A stretch of DNA of 64,000 nt from Deltaproteobacteria bacterium (GCA_020353155.1 CP070689.1:3105299-3169298), one strand, 5' to 3'; shown: positions 43,723-53,299, numbered from the stretch's first letter. Numbers and translations are program-made. The notes: generated from the letters alone by a model not told the origin.

Positions 43723-45900
43723 CTAAGAGTGTTTGATTACAATCCCCAAATAGCCGTCTACGGTAAGTTCATCACCGGTGTGGATTAGGGAGGCAGCGTC
43801 TGGTATACCAGTAACGCAAGGAAGGCCGTATTCTCTAGCAATAATGGCGCCGTGGATGAGCATTCCGCCCCTGCGCTCTACTACACCGGCTGCAAGGGGC
43901 ACCACAAAGGTCATGTTCGGATCAACGGCGTCGCACACAAGAATCTCTCCCGCTTTAAAATCAAAGAGGTTCGACGGCTCAGTGATGACCCGTGCACTTG
44001 CCCGGACCACACCTGGACTTGCTGGTTGCCCCACAAGCTGTCTCGGCCTGATGTCAAAATGCGCCGACTCCTCCGGCATAGCCACAGCTTTCTGCGGTAT
44101 ATAATCTGGGTCATTCAGGGCTTCGATAACCTCAAAGGGATCTAAGGTCTCAACTTCCAGATTGCCGCGACCTGTCAAACGATTTTTGCTCTCTTCCAAG
44201 GCCGATCTCAGTTGATTTTGAATCATGCCAAGATAGATGTTGTCGTCATCTCTTAGCCTGTAACTGGCCCTGCCAAGATCCAATAGCTCTTCCATACTAA
44301 GTCTTTTCGCGCCCTCGAAGTGGGAGAGAAACCTTTCTCTTAATCTCTCGAGATCTGTGCTGCGGAAGCGTTCTTTTGCAGCAGGACGGGAAGCCAATTC
44401 CAGCAATAGCCTTATGATACCGTCCCGTCCCTGGACACAGAGCTCTGCCGAGCAGGAAAGATCGCCGAATCTCTCTATGAAAGAGTCCAATGCTTTGAAA
44501 AATGAATGGTCCGCCCCTGGATAGTCACGGTTTCTTATTTTGTCTGCCAGGACTGGATCTTCTCGAATCATACCAGCCATATCCTCCAGTCTTCTATTGC
44601 GCTCGAGACTTGCCATCTCGGTTGCACCTAGCAAGTCCATGAACTCATAGGGGTCATCAGGGCGAACCGTGTCATTATAGACCTGACCAAAGAGCCTTAT
44701 ACCATGGGCCAGGGGAATGAACTCGTCCCAGTATATTTGCAGCCATTTATCGTGGGCCTCCTGTCTTTGGTAGAGCTCCTTGGCTAATTCTGCATCGGTG
44801 AGTTCAGCAGGATTGCTCTGGGCAAAACTTTTGGCTTCACCCTCCATGGCAGGTATGAGCTCACCTTCTACCCTGCTCCGCAGTGCCTTCAAATTGTCGA
44901 AGCTCCTCCTCAAGGTAAAGTACCAGGCACGTTTATCACCTTTATTTTCCCCAGCCATAGTTGTGATTGGACGAGATTGCAGAACGTACAGTTCATCTCC
45001 TAAAAAGGTCCATTCCACATCCTGGGGAGAACCGAATAACTCTTCCAGCTCAAGAGCAAGGCGAAAAACCTTGGCCACCTCATTATCACTAAGGGGTGGA
45101 GCACTCTGCTTCTCGGCTGACAATTTTTCCAAACGGGTGGACCCTGTATGCGCGGAAACCGCCAGGTCCCGCTGTGCCGAATGGTGATTGATCATGGTGC
45201 CGCTCTTGCGGTCTAGGAGCCAGCGGTCAGGTTCAATGCTCCCTTCAACCAGTCCCTGGTTGAGACCGTAAACGCTTTCAACTACAGCCTGTGACGGGTC
45301 ATTAGGGTTCCTGCCAAAAGTGACACCAGAGCGTTCTCCAGCTATGAGCTCCTGGATGACAACCGCCATGGAACTCCGGTGAACATCCAACCCCAGTTCT
45401 TGCCGGTATAGCAAAGCCCGGTCTGACCAGAGGGAAGCCCACACAAGTCTGATGTGCTCCAAGATGGAATCTATCCCCAGGATGTTTACGAAGGATTCAT
45501 GTAGACCGGCAAAAGATGCGTGGGAGGAGTCTTCGCCGGGGGCGGATGAACGCACCACCAGAGGTTTGCCAGAGAGTTCAGATTCTAAAGAAGATTCAAT
45601 TAAGCTGCGCAAGTCTCCCGGTATGGGTGTTTTGATGAAAAGATTGCGAATCCTCAAGGAGACATCCCACATTTCTTCCCATCTCACTTCGGCAAAATCC
45701 TTACGGTCGAGCTCCATCAAAATTCTGGCGCCGAGACCTGTTTCAGCCAAATAACGATTGTAACCATCCACTGCGATACAGAGCCCGTCAGGTACTTTCA
45801 ACCCTTTTTTGATCATAGTGGCCAGGGCAAATCCCTTGCCGCCGACTCGCTCTCGGTCGCTAACCGTTATATGCTCCAGCCTCAGGACAGATCTCATCAT
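43723..45900 (-). CDS. PEP-utilizing-enzyme family protein: ATP-grasp (PPDK_N) domain, middle domain and swivel phosphohistidine domain, with no PEP/pyruvate TIM-barrel domain
   Basis: 725 aa. N-terminal VGGKGFALATM...VPDG. The C-terminal mobile domain is GGMLIHGAIIAREYGLPCVTGI, and the protein ends about 45 aa later. Confidence 0.8.
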   Translation of the reverse strand: MMRSVLRLEHITVSDRERVGGKGFALATMIKKGLKVPDGLCIAVDGYNRYLAETGLGARILMELDRKDFAEVRWEEMWDVSLRIRNLFIKTPIPGDLRSLIESSLESELSGKPLVVRSSAPGEDSSHASFAGLHESFVNILGIDSILEHIRLVWASLWSDRALLYRQELGLDVHRSSMAVVIQELIAGERSGVTFGRNPNDPSQAVVESVYGLNQGLVEGSIEPDRWLLDRKSGTMINHHSAQRDLAVSAHTGSTRLEKLSAEKQSAPPLSDNEVAKVFRLALELEELFGSPQDVEWTFLGDELYVLQSRPITTMAGENKGDKRAWYFTLRRSFDNLKALRSRVEGELIPAMEGEAKSFAQSNPAELTDAELAKELYQRQEAHDKWLQIYWDEFIPLAHGIRLFGQVYNDTVRPDDPYEFMDLLGATEMASLERNRRLEDMAGMIREDPVLADKIRNRDYPGADHSFFKALDSFIERFGDLSCSAELCVQGRDGIIRLLLELASRPAAKERFRSTDLERLRERFLSHFEGAKRLSMEELLDLGRASYRLRDDDNIYLGMIQNQLRSALEESKNRLTGRGNLEVETLDPFEVIEALNDPDYIPQKAVAMPEESAHFDIRPRQLVGQPASPGVVRASARVITEPSNLFDFKAGEILVCDAVDPNMTFVVPLAAGVVERRGGMLIHGAIIAREYGLPCVTGIPDAASLIHTGDELTVDGYLGIVIKHS

Positions 45901-46388
45901 TTGACATGAAGCTCCATGACGTTTTGGAATCTCCTCACCAGGTAGTAGGTTTGCACCTCCACCCGCAGAAGAGCGCAGGTTGGGGATCGGACAAACTCTT
46001 CCAACATTGGATGTTTGGTCAGGTAAATGGCGAGGACCTCATCTCGCTTGGAATCCACCAACTCTCTGGCGGTGCCAGTTGCGGTAACAGCAGCAGCTTG
46101 AGAAAAATCAGAGTCTTCATTCGAGCGATTGTCAATCAAAACTGTTACTCTGGCATCAGCCTCGATGTTGGCATACTTGCGGGTGGCGCGAGCTGTGGCA
46201 AAGTACAAGCTCTTCAGGTCGTCGCTAGCGGCAAAAGCTATGAGGTTGGCATAGGGCTGCCCCTTGTTTTGGGTGCCCAGTACTGCGAGTTTTTGCGACT
46301 CAAACAATTCTCTTATCAATTGTTCCAGCTCCGATTCCTCTCTCAAAAGGGCCTTTTTCCTGGAACCTGAATCAGTAATTTGTGCCAC
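45897..46388 (-). CDS. pyridoxamine 5'-phosphate oxidase-like FMN-binding split-barrel protein
   Basis: 163 aa. The pattern LAVLGTQNKGQPYANLIAFA...LYFATARATRKYANI is typical of the PNPOx-like family. It has a 4-nt overlap with the downstream gene. Confidence 0.7.
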   Translation of the reverse strand: MAQITDSGSRKKALLREESELEQLIRELFESQKLAVLGTQNKGQPYANLIAFAASDDLKSLYFATARATRKYANIEADARVTVLIDNRSNEDSDFSQAAAVTATGTARELVDSKRDEVLAIYLTKHPMLEEFVRSPTCALLRVEVQTYYLVRRFQNVMELHVK

Positions 46389-46400
46389 CGCTCACCTCCA

Positions 46401-46820
46401 CTACGGATTTTGTCTTGCCTCTAGTCTATAAAGAATCACTTTGTAAAGAGCCAAAAGCTCATCCCCGGCGGGGATATTCTCTGCCGAAGCCAATGCCGCT
46501 GAAACTTCCTCTTGATCCACGCCAAACTGGTCACAAAGCAAACGTGCCTGATGGTAAGTTGGCAGCCAGACCAACTTCTTGGAGATTTCCTCGGGTGAGC
46601 CGAAGATCCTGAGAAAGTGGCCTAAATTTAAAATGAAATATGTGCGGCCTGGGAAAGGAGAGGTCACCTCAATGATTTCATCAGGATCCCAGACAAAGCA
46701 GCCTACGTGCGGGGTCCATGATAAGCCCCTTTCCTTGAGTTGGGCAGCAGCCTGGCAATGTCGCAGGTCAAAAGGAATTGGAGGTAGATCCGTCTCTGGA
46801 TTAAATGGAGTAGGCTTCAT
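46401..46820 (-). CDS. hypothetical protein
   Basis: 139 aa. It has a 4-nt overlap with uvdE upstream. No recognisable motif. Confidence 0.55.
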   Translation of the reverse strand: MKPTPFNPETDLPPIPFDLRHCQAAAQLKERGLSWTPHVGCFVWDPDEIIEVTSPFPGRTYFILNLGHFLRIFGSPEEISKKLVWLPTYHQARLLCDQFGVDQEEVSAALASAENIPAGDELLALYKVILYRLEARQNP

Positions 46821-47725
46821 GCGACTAAAATGATTTCCTTTCCCTTCTGAAATTCTCTCATGATCTTGAGGGCTTTTAAGGCGCTGGTTTCCTTGTCCTT
46901 TATCTCCAGCATTAAATCAAAGTCTAATCCTCTGGTCTCTCGGAGAAACTTTTTGAACATTTCTTTGTTCAGCGTTTTTGCGTGTGACCCAGGCCGCTGA
47001 CCTCTCTGCTGACTACTGAAGTCTACCATAGGAATGCCATCTGCTTCTTTCCAGGTACTGGCAGATAGTTCCAAGCCTCGTCGCAATGTTTCACCGTTGT
47101 TGAGGCATTGGTGGTGAAAAACGTCGAATATTATGGGAATGCCAATTTTTTGGTGTACCGACAAACAATCGTCCAGGCTATATGACCTGTCGTCGTTCTC
47201 GATAACCAACCTGCTTTTGAGGGACTTACTCAAAGAGTTGTAAGTAGCAATAAACCTATCCATGGCGGATTGCTTGTCGCCGTACACCCCACCCAGATGA
47301 ATCTGGATCTTTGCGGTGCTGTCCAAGGCCATTTTGTCGAGGACGGTAAGGTGATATTCAAGTTCCCTTAAACTTCTCTCCACCACATCCTCTTTGAGCG
47401 CGTTAATAATTACAAATTGATCAGGATGCATGGAAATTCTTATGTTGTGCTCTTTTATAAACTCGCCAATTTCTCTAAATTGTCCCGAAAAATGGCCGGC
47501 CCAATCAAAGGTGCAAACGGGGTGTGAGGCGAAAGGGATCAGGTCAGAGCTGATTCTAAAAAAGTAGAAACCCTTCTGAACATTGTACTGCAAAATCTTA
47601 GAGAGACAGTTTAAATTGTTTTCCACCTTCTGAACTAAACGCTCCTCTGAATAAGAGGCCAGTCTGAAAGTGGAATTGCTTGTGCACCCGATGCCACGAT
47701 TTATACAGGGGTATCCTACTTTCAT
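46817..47725 (-). CDS. uvdE: UV damage endonuclease UvdE/UvsE
   Basis: 302 aa. MKVGYPCIN...FRLASY, RISSDLIPFASHP, and HPDQF are UvdE TIM-barrel signatures. Confidence 0.85.
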   Translation of the reverse strand: MKVGYPCINRGIGCTSNSTFRLASYSEERLVQKVENNLNCLSKILQYNVQKGFYFFRISSDLIPFASHPVCTFDWAGHFSGQFREIGEFIKEHNIRISMHPDQFVIINALKEDVVERSLRELEYHLTVLDKMALDSTAKIQIHLGGVYGDKQSAMDRFIATYNSLSKSLKSRLVIENDDRSYSLDDCLSVHQKIGIPIIFDVFHHQCLNNGETLRRGLELSASTWKEADGIPMVDFSSQQRGQRPGSHAKTLNKEMFKKFLRETRGLDFDLMLEIKDKETSALKALKIMREFQKGKEIILVA

Positions 47726-47899
47726 AATATTTTCCTGGAAGTCTGAAAAAAATCGGATAGTATTAATATAGTGTCGACCTCTTGAACTTACAACAACCCC
47801 GGTATGACAGAATTTGTTGGAAACTGAGCAGTCGGGTGCCTAAGAAAGGGAGATAAGACTAAATTTCGTCTGGACCAGAGAAAAATTTTTTATAATCAC

Positions 47900-47928
47900 T
47901 TGACGGACCGAAATGGAGTTCTTACATT
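47900..47928 (+). promoter_or_regulatory. candidate sigma70-type promoter for the 48017 small gene
   Basis: TTGACG (47900-47905), a 17-nt spacer, then TACATT (47923-47928). This leaves a leader of about 85 nt rich in A/C (aactcaaaacaaaacaaaataaag). Confidence 0.4.
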
Positions 47929-48016
47929 TTCGAACAAATGGAATTAATCCAACTTAAGATTTTCTAAGTCCAACGCTAACTCAAAACAAAACAAAATAAA
48001 GACAGGGAGGTTAATC

Positions 48017-48178
48017 ATGGCTGAGGCAACGAAAGGTTCAATGGTGTATGTTTACGACAAAGACGGAAATGCTTACATCTGCGACATCGAAGATTTAAGG
48101 GATGCATCAACTGTAAGTGATGAAGAGAAAGCTACCTGTACTGATTTAGATAGGGGTGGATTCAGCAGGAACGAATAA
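48017..48178 (+). CDS. hypothetical small acidic protein (53 aa)
   Basis: Hand translation gives MAEATKGSMVYVYDKDGNAYICDIEDLRDASTVSDEEKATCTDLDRGGFSRNE*. RBS GGGAGG 7 nt upstream. It has its own terminator and is below the ORF-track cutoff. Confidence 0.55.
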   Translation: MAEATKGSMVYVYDKDGNAYICDIEDLRDASTVSDEEKATCTDLDRGGFSRNE

Positions 48179-48208
48179 GTCGTAAGAACTTCACCCATAA
48201 CAAACGCA

Positions 48209-48236
48209 GGCGAGTTATAGTCCACTCGCCTTTTTT
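48209..48236 (+). terminator. intrinsic terminator
   Basis: GGCGAGT-tatagtcc-ACTCGCC followed by T6 (48231-48236). Confidence 0.8.
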
Positions 48237-48436
48237 GTTTTCAACCTCCAGACGTAAGCCAACTTATTGCCCTAGACTTGTCTGCCAAAGTTCATTCCCC
48301 GACTTTCCTTGGTACGCCAATTCCTTGACATGAACCCTGCAGTGATTATTAAATCACTATCCGGTAAGTCGCTGGTCGAAAAAATATTTTAAACCTTGGT
48401 GAAGATTGCTAGCTGGTCGGACGAGCAAGAGGAAAC

Positions 48437-49861
48437 ATGGGAAATTTTAACAAGAAGATGAAAAGTAGCGAAACAGACAGAGTTCCAATTGCAAAAAAAC
48501 TGGCCTATGCGGCTCCAGCCTTTGCCCTAGCTATTGTGGGAATACCGGTATACGTTTACATCCCCAAATTCTACACTGACGTGGTGGGGGTAAATATCGC
48601 TATGCTGGGTTATTTGCTTTTGGCGGTGCGACTTTTCGACGCAGTGACTGACCCGGCAATTGGCTTTCTTTCCGACAAGACAAAGACCCGCTTCGGCAGG
48701 CGTAGACCTTACATTGCCGTTGGGGCAATCTTTCTCTCACTGTCGATGTATTTTCTCTTTAATCCACCCGAGGCTTCTCCTTATTTCGAGACTATCTGGT
48801 TCGGCGTGACGATTTTCTGTTTGTTTCTTTTCTGGACGGCAATTGTGGTTCCCTACGAGTCTCTTGGGCCTGAGATCACCTTTGATTATGACGAACGAAC
48901 CACCCTGCTCGGCATGAGAGATGGAGCCCTTATCGCGGGAACTCTCGCAGCGGCAAGTTCACCGGCAGCCGTGGCCTGGGCCTTTAGTCTTTCGCCAACC
49001 AACGAAGGTGAGCGGGCCAAGTTTTTTTGGATTGCGGTGCTCTATACGCCTTTGTTAGTTGCCTTCTGTTGGTGGTGTGTTTTGTCGATTCGCGAAAGGC
49101 CACAACTTTTCCGAGGAGATAAGCAAGGACTGCTGCAGGGACTCAGAGAGGTATCACAAAACAGGCCCTTTATAATTCTGCTGATCTCTTACATTGTAGC
49201 TGCCTTTGGTAGCAATCTGCCGGCTACTTTGATTCTCTACTATGTGGAATACGTGCTCCAATCAAAGCAAGCTGATCTATTCCTTCTCATTTACTTTGCT
49301 ACAGGCGTCTTTTTTCTGCCTGGCTGGATTTATATGGCACGGAAGCTGGAGAAAAAGGTTGCCTGGCTTACTGCCATGGTAATAAACACCGGCGCCTTTT
49401 TAGGCGTTTTTTTCCTTGGGCCGGGTGACGCTCACATCTACGGGGTCCTGGTCTTTCTCTCGGGAATCGGCTTGGGTGCAACCCTTGCCATACCCTCGGC
49501 CATGCAAGCTGATGTTATTGACTATGACGAGCTTATCTCAGGCCAGAGACGAGAGGGCCAATACATCGGCATATGGTCTATAACCAAAAAGCTTGCCGCT
49601 GCACTGGGGGTTGGCTTGGCACTATCTATTCTGGGCGCTGTAGGTTATACCCCAAATGTTGAGCAATCAGAACAGGTGCAGTTCACTCTCAGAGTTTTAT
49701 ACGCTCTAGTGCCTTCGCTTTGTAATGTTGCGGCTTTAGTCATAGCCTTGGCCTATCCTATTAGCCGCAGGATGCACAAAGATATTTTGGCAGCCATTGA
49801 AGGGCGGCGCGCGGGACAGCCTGTTACAGACCCTCTACGACATGGTCGAATACTCAGCTGA
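48437..49861 (+). CDS. MFS transporter of the glycoside-pentoside-hexuronide (GPH) type
   Basis: 474 aa, 12 TM. GPH signature DAVTDPAIGFLSDKTKTRFGRRRPY. Confidence 0.8.
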   Translation: MGNFNKKMKSSETDRVPIAKKLAYAAPAFALAIVGIPVYVYIPKFYTDVVGVNIAMLGYLLLAVRLFDAVTDPAIGFLSDKTKTRFGRRRPYIAVGAIFLSLSMYFLFNPPEASPYFETIWFGVTIFCLFLFWTAIVVPYESLGPEITFDYDERTTLLGMRDGALIAGTLAAASSPAAVAWAFSLSPTNEGERAKFFWIAVLYTPLLVAFCWWCVLSIRERPQLFRGDKQGLLQGLREVSQNRPFIILLISYIVAAFGSNLPATLILYYVEYVLQSKQADLFLLIYFATGVFFLPGWIYMARKLEKKVAWLTAMVINTGAFLGVFFLGPGDAHIYGVLVFLSGIGLGATLAIPSAMQADVIDYDELISGQRREGQYIGIWSITKKLAAALGVGLALSILGAVGYTPNVEQSEQVQFTLRVLYALVPSLCNVAALVIALAYPISRRMHKDILAAIEGRRAGQPVTDPLRHGRILS

Positions 49862-49899
49862 TCTCATGGTGGGAGCAAGTGTAGTCAGAGGAGAAATAA

Positions 49900-50691
49900 A
49901 TGGAGTATTTATGGTCCATTTTCGTCACTAACTTGTTTGCTGTAATGGTGATGATGTTTGGAGTCTGGGTACTTAGTCTGATTAAACGGGATGCGAGCAT
50001 AGTGGACGTGTTCTGGGGACTGGGTTTCGTTGTGGTTGCCTGGCTCACTTTCCTGCAAACGGACGGCTACCTGGGTCGAAAAATTCTGATAACCTTGCTC
50101 ACCACCCTTTGGGGACTCCGTTTAGCCATGCACATTCTCATAAGAGATTGGGGTCATGGTGAGGATCGCCGCTACCAGGCCTGGAGAGCCCAATATGGCG
50201 CCCGGTTCTGGTGGGTAAGTTTGTTTACCGTATTCGGCCTGCAAGGGGTCCTTTTGTGGGCTATCTCCCTCATCCTGCAAGTTGGGCAGATGTCAGCAAT
50301 TCCTGCGAGGCTGGTGATACTCGACTTTCTGGGGACGATTGTCTGGACCGTTGGTTTCATATTCGAGGCGGTAGCCGATTGGCAATTGTACCGCTTCAAG
50401 GCAGATCCAGAGAACAAAGGCAAAGTGATGAAAAAGGGGCTATGGGCTTACAGCCGACACCCCAATTATTTTGGTGAATCACTGATTTGGTGGGGCCTGT
50501 TCTTAATCACCCTGGCAACCCCAGGTAGCTTCTGGACGGTTATCAGTCCCATGGTCATAACTTTTCTATTACTAAAGGTTTCGGGAGTTACCCTGTTGGA
50601 GAAAACTATAGTTGATTCCAGACCTGAATATCGGGACTATATAGAATCCACCAGCAGTTTCATTCCCCGGCTTCCGCGAAAAAGGCATTAG
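49900..50691 (+). CDS. DUF1295 / steroid-5-alpha-reductase-like membrane protein
   Basis: 263 aa polytopic. C-terminal GLWAYSRHPNYFGE motif. Confidence 0.75.
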   Translation: MEYLWSIFVTNLFAVMVMMFGVWVLSLIKRDASIVDVFWGLGFVVVAWLTFLQTDGYLGRKILITLLTTLWGLRLAMHILIRDWGHGEDRRYQAWRAQYGARFWWVSLFTVFGLQGVLLWAISLILQVGQMSAIPARLVILDFLGTIVWTVGFIFEAVADWQLYRFKADPENKGKVMKKGLWAYSRHPNYFGESLIWWGLFLITLATPGSFWTVISPMVITFLLLKVSGVTLLEKTIVDSRPEYRDYIESTSSFIPRLPRKRH

Positions 50692-50809
50692 TGATGAGGG
50701 TCATGGCATATTTTGTTTTTAGTATGTGCCGAGTTTTGCAGGAATGAAAATGGCCAGCAGTGGCTGGTATCCCACTACCGGTTGAAGAAGTCAAAAGGGG
50801 TTGCGATCG

Positions 50810-51217
50810 TTAGAGAAAGCGCGTGGCAACAAGAAAGCCGCCTGCTGAAACAAGGCCACAGAGCACCATTCCCCAGAGGATATCCACCACTACAATTTTC
50901 ACCGGCCAATCTTTGAGGGTAGCCAGATTGGTGAGATCATAGGTTGCGTAGGTGAACAGACCGTAGAGCATACCCAGGATGACGGTTCGAGCAAATGAAC
51001 CACTATTGATTCCAGGTAATAGGGCGAAGACCAGTATTCCAAGAATGTAAAGAGAATAGAATATGCTGGCAGCAGTCCAATTGACCCGCTCTCTAAAAAA
51101 GCGGCCCAAATGCTTATTGTAAAAAGTCTTGGCAATGACACCCAACCAGAGACTGTCGATAGCGAAAAATAAAATGGCCGATGCTATATAGAGCTGAACA
51201 AGTTTTGCTGCAACCAT
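50810..51217 (-). CDS. DUF2177-family membrane protein
   Basis: 135 aa, 4 TM. The N-terminal pattern AILFFAIDSLWLGVIAKTFY matches my recollection of DUF2177. Confidence 0.65.
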   Translation of the reverse strand: MVAAKLVQLYIASAILFFAIDSLWLGVIAKTFYNKHLGRFFRERVNWTAASIFYSLYILGILVFALLPGINSGSFARTVILGMLYGLFTYATYDLTNLATLKDWPVKIVVVDILWGMVLCGLVSAGGFLVATRFL

Positions 51218-51314
51218 AAGCTTCCCTTTACTTTTGCTGTTTTGGATTAACTGCTCAACTTAGGTGGTTCTCTTAGTTGCCGCCGCCGAGGGAAGGACAG
51301 AGGGAACATGTCAC

Positions 51315-52085
51315 CTAGCTTTCATGGGAATAAGTAATAGTCACTTTTTTGTGTTTACCTGCAATATCTTCAAGGTTAGAAATTCCCTCATAGCGAAGGA
51401 GGTGACGATTCTTCAAGTCGTAATCAACATCGATATGGGGCGCGAAGGGTCTGAGCAACCAGTTGTCAACTTCAAGCCGGATATACAGGGTGTCACCATT
51501 GATCTTTCGTTTGCGAATTCTAAACTCATATTGGTCCAGCCTTGATGGCAATACTAGCCGAACCTGGAAAACTTCCCCTTGGGCTATCTGCTCGAGATTG
51601 TGGACAATAAACTGATGAAAACCTTGGCCTACTATTTGATCTGTTTCTTTGGGCAAATACTTTTCTTCAATATCATATTCGGGACTTTTCTTTCTAAATA
51701 GCCAAATCCTATCCTTTGCCACTTTTGCACCGTCCTGGTATTGGGCACGGATATCTCTGAAATCGTAGCTGCCAAACTGAGGACCGGAAGAATATTCTGA
51801 AATTAACTCTCCAATTTTATTGTTATTGGCGTCGTAATAAATAGTTTGGATCTCACTGACTTTGCCGTTTACGTGCGTAACAGTATGATACTCAACATAT
51901 TCCAAGGTGCCTTTGGAATCTACTGCTTTGCCTGCAAATTTTTCCCCGTGAGCTAGGGTTCCGAAACAACTTAGATTGAGGGCAGTGAAAAAAAGGAGTG
52001 ACCAAACTATGAGTATATATTTTCTATCTGTACCAGAAACATCCCTAAATCGCATATCTAAGAAATCCCCTGTGAAGCAATCCAT
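51315..52085 (-). CDS. hypothetical exported protein
   Basis: 256 aa. Signal-like segment ILIVWSLLFFTALNLSCFG. The start may be the ATG at 52055. No family recognised. Confidence 0.55.
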   Translation of the reverse strand: MDCFTGDFLDMRFRDVSGTDRKYILIVWSLLFFTALNLSCFGTLAHGEKFAGKAVDSKGTLEYVEYHTVTHVNGKVSEIQTIYYDANNNKIGELISEYSSGPQFGSYDFRDIRAQYQDGAKVAKDRIWLFRKKSPEYDIEEKYLPKETDQIVGQGFHQFIVHNLEQIAQGEVFQVRLVLPSRLDQYEFRIRKRKINGDTLYIRLEVDNWLLRPFAPHIDVDYDLKNRHLLRYEGISNLEDIAGKHKKVTITYSHES

Positions 52086-52150
52086 TTGAAAGTGTAAATT
52101 AGTTAAGTTTTTGCAAAATAAGACTTAGATTGTAAATGTCAAATATGAAG

Positions 52151-52191
52151 AAAAAACTAGTAGTATTAAACTACCATTTTGCTAGTTTTTT
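52151..52191. promoter_or_regulatory. perfect 10-bp inverted repeat AAAAAACTAG-N21-CTAGTTTTTT in a divergent promoter spacer
   Basis: The repeat arms are 52151-52160 and 52182-52191, with an inner TAGT-attaa-ACTA mini-hairpin. TAGTATT is repeated at 52161 and 52194. Confidence 0.4.
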
Positions 52192-52267
52192 ATTAGTATT
52201 GTTTTGTCTGTGTTCGCAACTATCATCTAAAATATATTTATTTTATTAAAATCAAAAATTAGGAGTT

Positions 52268-52621
52268 ATGTCGATGGAGAGATCAACTCATTATTTTCTA
52301 GCAGCGCTTTTTACCTTTGTTCTTTTAGCCATGCTTTCCATAACAATAACTGCGAGCATTGACCAGAACATTTTCGAGGCAGTGGGAAACATGTGGCCCA
52401 ACTGGTGGTTTAAAGCCACATTGGTGGATGCTTACTTCGGATTCCTTACCTTCTTCATTTGGGTAGCTTATAAGGAGCTCAGGCTCTGGCGCAAGCTACT
52501 TTGGTTTGCCCTCATCATGCTCTTGGGAAATTTGGCAATTCCAGCATACATGCTGATTGAAATCTATAAACTACAAGCTGGGGACACTTTTGCAACCTTG
52601 CTTACGAGGCGTAATGGCTAA
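52268..52621 (+). CDS. DUF1475-family membrane protein
   Basis: 117 aa, 4 TM. The motif WWFKATLVDAYFGFLTFFIWVAYKE matches my recollection of DUF1475. Confidence 0.6.
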   Translation: MSMERSTHYFLAALFTFVLLAMLSITITASIDQNIFEAVGNMWPNWWFKATLVDAYFGFLTFFIWVAYKELRLWRKLLWFALIMLLGNLAIPAYMLIEIYKLQAGDTFATLLTRRNG

Positions 52622-53100
52622 TGATTACAGGACTTCTCTATAGGAAAATAGTTGAACCTTTACTGACACTAATCAAACAGGGTATTTCTCCTGAGAAAAT
52701 TTCTCTGGGCATGACGTGCGGAATTGTACTCGGTGTATTCCCGGTTTTGGGTTCAACCACTATTTTATGCGGGCTCGCAGCAATTATTTTCCGGTTGAAC
52801 CTCCCGGCAATTCAGCTAGTAAATTATATAGTCTATCCCTTGCAGATCATGCTCCTAATTCCGTTTTTTCACCTTGGTGACCTCTTGTTTCAAGTAGAGC
52901 CTCTTCCTCTTTCAGCTCAAGAGCTCATCACCTTATTGCAGGCTGATTTGTGGGGTACCATCCGAGCCTTCTGGAACACCACCCTGCGAGCCATAGTAGC
53001 CTGGCTTCTGGCGAGCCTGCCAATTTTCTTAATCTTGCATTTCACTCTTATTCGGCTTATAAAGACATCTAGCTTTGCAAACATGGGAGCCAAGAGGTAA
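52621..53100 (+). CDS. DUF2062-family membrane protein
   Basis: 159 aa. GISPEKISLGMTCGIVLGVFPVLGSTT pattern. Its start overlaps the upstream stop (TAATG). Confidence 0.6.
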   Translation: MITGLLYRKIVEPLLTLIKQGISPEKISLGMTCGIVLGVFPVLGSTTILCGLAAIIFRLNLPAIQLVNYIVYPLQIMLLIPFFHLGDLLFQVEPLPLSAQELITLLQADLWGTIRAFWNTTLRAIVAWLLASLPIFLILHFTLIRLIKTSSFANMGAKR

Positions 53101-53299
53101 CACCGTTAAGGTCTTGGGGCTAATCCCCGAGCGCCAATCTTAGCCTGTACAACACGGCAAAAATCGAATCATCAAAGAAACTTCTAAGCGATCCATTCTG
53201 GTAGAACTCGGCTGCAAGTCATGTACTTGAAAATGGAAAGCGTAGCAGAAACTTTTGAATTTTCCGCATGAGTTTCTCCGTAAGGGAAGGGATGGCCAA

